In this document: piece by piece, positions 56,864 to 57,531 of the stretch
Position numbering within the stretch: the first letter of the stretch is position 1
Layout: each line of letters starts with the position of its first letter
Origin: Candidatus Uhrbacteria bacterium
Lineage (GTDB): Bacteria; Patescibacteriota; Patescibacteriia; UBA9934
DNA: 57,531 bases
Direction of reading: 5' to 3'
Assembly: GCA_943357745.1 (NCBI GenBank)
Contig: CALRGN010000001.1
Span: 1 to 57,531, forward strand
Translations under genes and position numbers: made by a program
The notes under the pieces: generated by a model
Told to the model about the DNA's origin: nothing
Seen by the model: the letters and a program-made list of their open reading frames with translations, nothing else
Database searches by the model: none

Positions 56864-57531
56864 ATGTCAGAACTGAACATTGCTACCCTTCGTAGAAGGG
56901 TAGAGTTTCGCTGGCAACGGTTCTCTGGTGCAAGGCAAGCCAAGAATTTGCGCATGCCTATCAGTGCCCTAAAACTCACCGAGGATCCAAATCCAACTGA
57001 AATTGAGGGCGCAAGGGAACGCAAGAAATTGTTCATTTACGCAATTTGCGAGGGTAGGTATTACGAGGCCGTCAGACTACGGCCAGTGAAAATTAGCGCC
57101 TCGGCTAATGATTTCTTCCGGATCGGTGATTTGCACTTTGGCGATGAGGAAGCTAATGGCTACGCCACCGATCCCGAAAGCCACCTTTTTACCCTTCTAC
57201 TAGATGCCCAAACCCTCGTCACGCTTGGGCCACCGGTACGATTTTTGGATGAATTGGATGCCCTCCTGCAATCCGGAACCGCCCAGGCGATTCTGGAAAA
57301 ACTTCAAGAGGTGAAGCATGGCTCTAATGGGAACTGTGAATGTCCAATCTCATATCGCTCTCTCCCACCGACCGATCCCAATCGCTGGTGGCATGACCAT
57401 CATGAGGTCTTCAATCAGTACCTCATTGCCAGAATTGGCCAGGCGCACTGCAGGGCAAAAATTCTGAGAAAGCTACAGGAGTGGGAAGATGGTGGGAATA
57501 ATGTAACCCCACTCTTCAGCGGATCCCCAAT
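56864..57531 (+). CDS. Orphan hypothetical protein, 3' truncated by window (not in the ORF track)
   Basis: GGGAGG SD, ATG 56864, frame open to window end (MSELNIATLRRRVEFRWQ...). Confidence 0.7.
   Translation, partial: MSELNIATLRRRVEFRWQRFSGARQAKNLRMPISALKLTEDPNPTEIEGARERKKLFIYAICEGRYYEAVRLRPVKISASANDFFRIGDLHFGDEEANGYATDPESHLFTLLLDAQTLVTLGPPVRFLDELDALLQSGTAQAILEKLQEVKHGSNGNCECPISYRSLPPTDPNRWWHDHHEVFNQYLIARIGQAHCRAKILRKLQEWEDGGNNVTPLFSGSP

Noticed and set aside
56710..57036. 108-aa minus-strand ORF
   Set aside because: Antisense to the better-supported + strand ORF from 56864, which has a promoter and SD
1..57531. Alternative genetic code (TGA read as Gly or Trp)
   Set aside because: Conserved genes are full-length under code 11 and several (recR, bcp, murB) end at TGA at the expected position

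Overview
This is a chromosomal segment of a reduced-genome bacterium, most consistent with Patescibacteria/CPR (Parcubacteria/ABY1-like gene content, standard genetic code; the taxonomy is inferred). It is mostly housekeeping: metG 3' end, serS, lysS, greA, mreBCD-pbp2, murB/murC, glyA-folD, dnaB, ybaB-recR, rplU, tgt, ftsEX, typA, dnaG-rpoD, two UvrD-family helicases, tRNA-Thr and tRNA-Gly. The main unusual element is a six-gene operon (14386-21048) with the architecture of an Ehr / group-4-hydrogenase-related complex (small subunit, HyfB, HyfC, HyfE, HyfF, NuoCD-like large subunit). All six reading frames and a promoter are intact. By manual motif comparison, however, the four Fe-S cysteines of the small subunit, the Ni-site and His motifs of the large subunit, and the conserved Glu/Lys of both antiporter-like subunits are replaced, making it a candidate catalytically dead, repurposed membrane complex. 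Other observations: a 28-bp dif-like site (876-903) where GC skew and gene orientation switch (probable replication terminus); a 165-bp palindromic MITE-like element with dispersed copies of its end motif; a membrane-anchored pectinacetylesterase/Notum-family hydrolase; a TGT lacking its Zn ligands; four orphan genes each with its own promoter and strong SD; many near-leaderless promoters; and several short tandem-repeat expansions. All family assignments come from motif recognition by eye; no database search was run.
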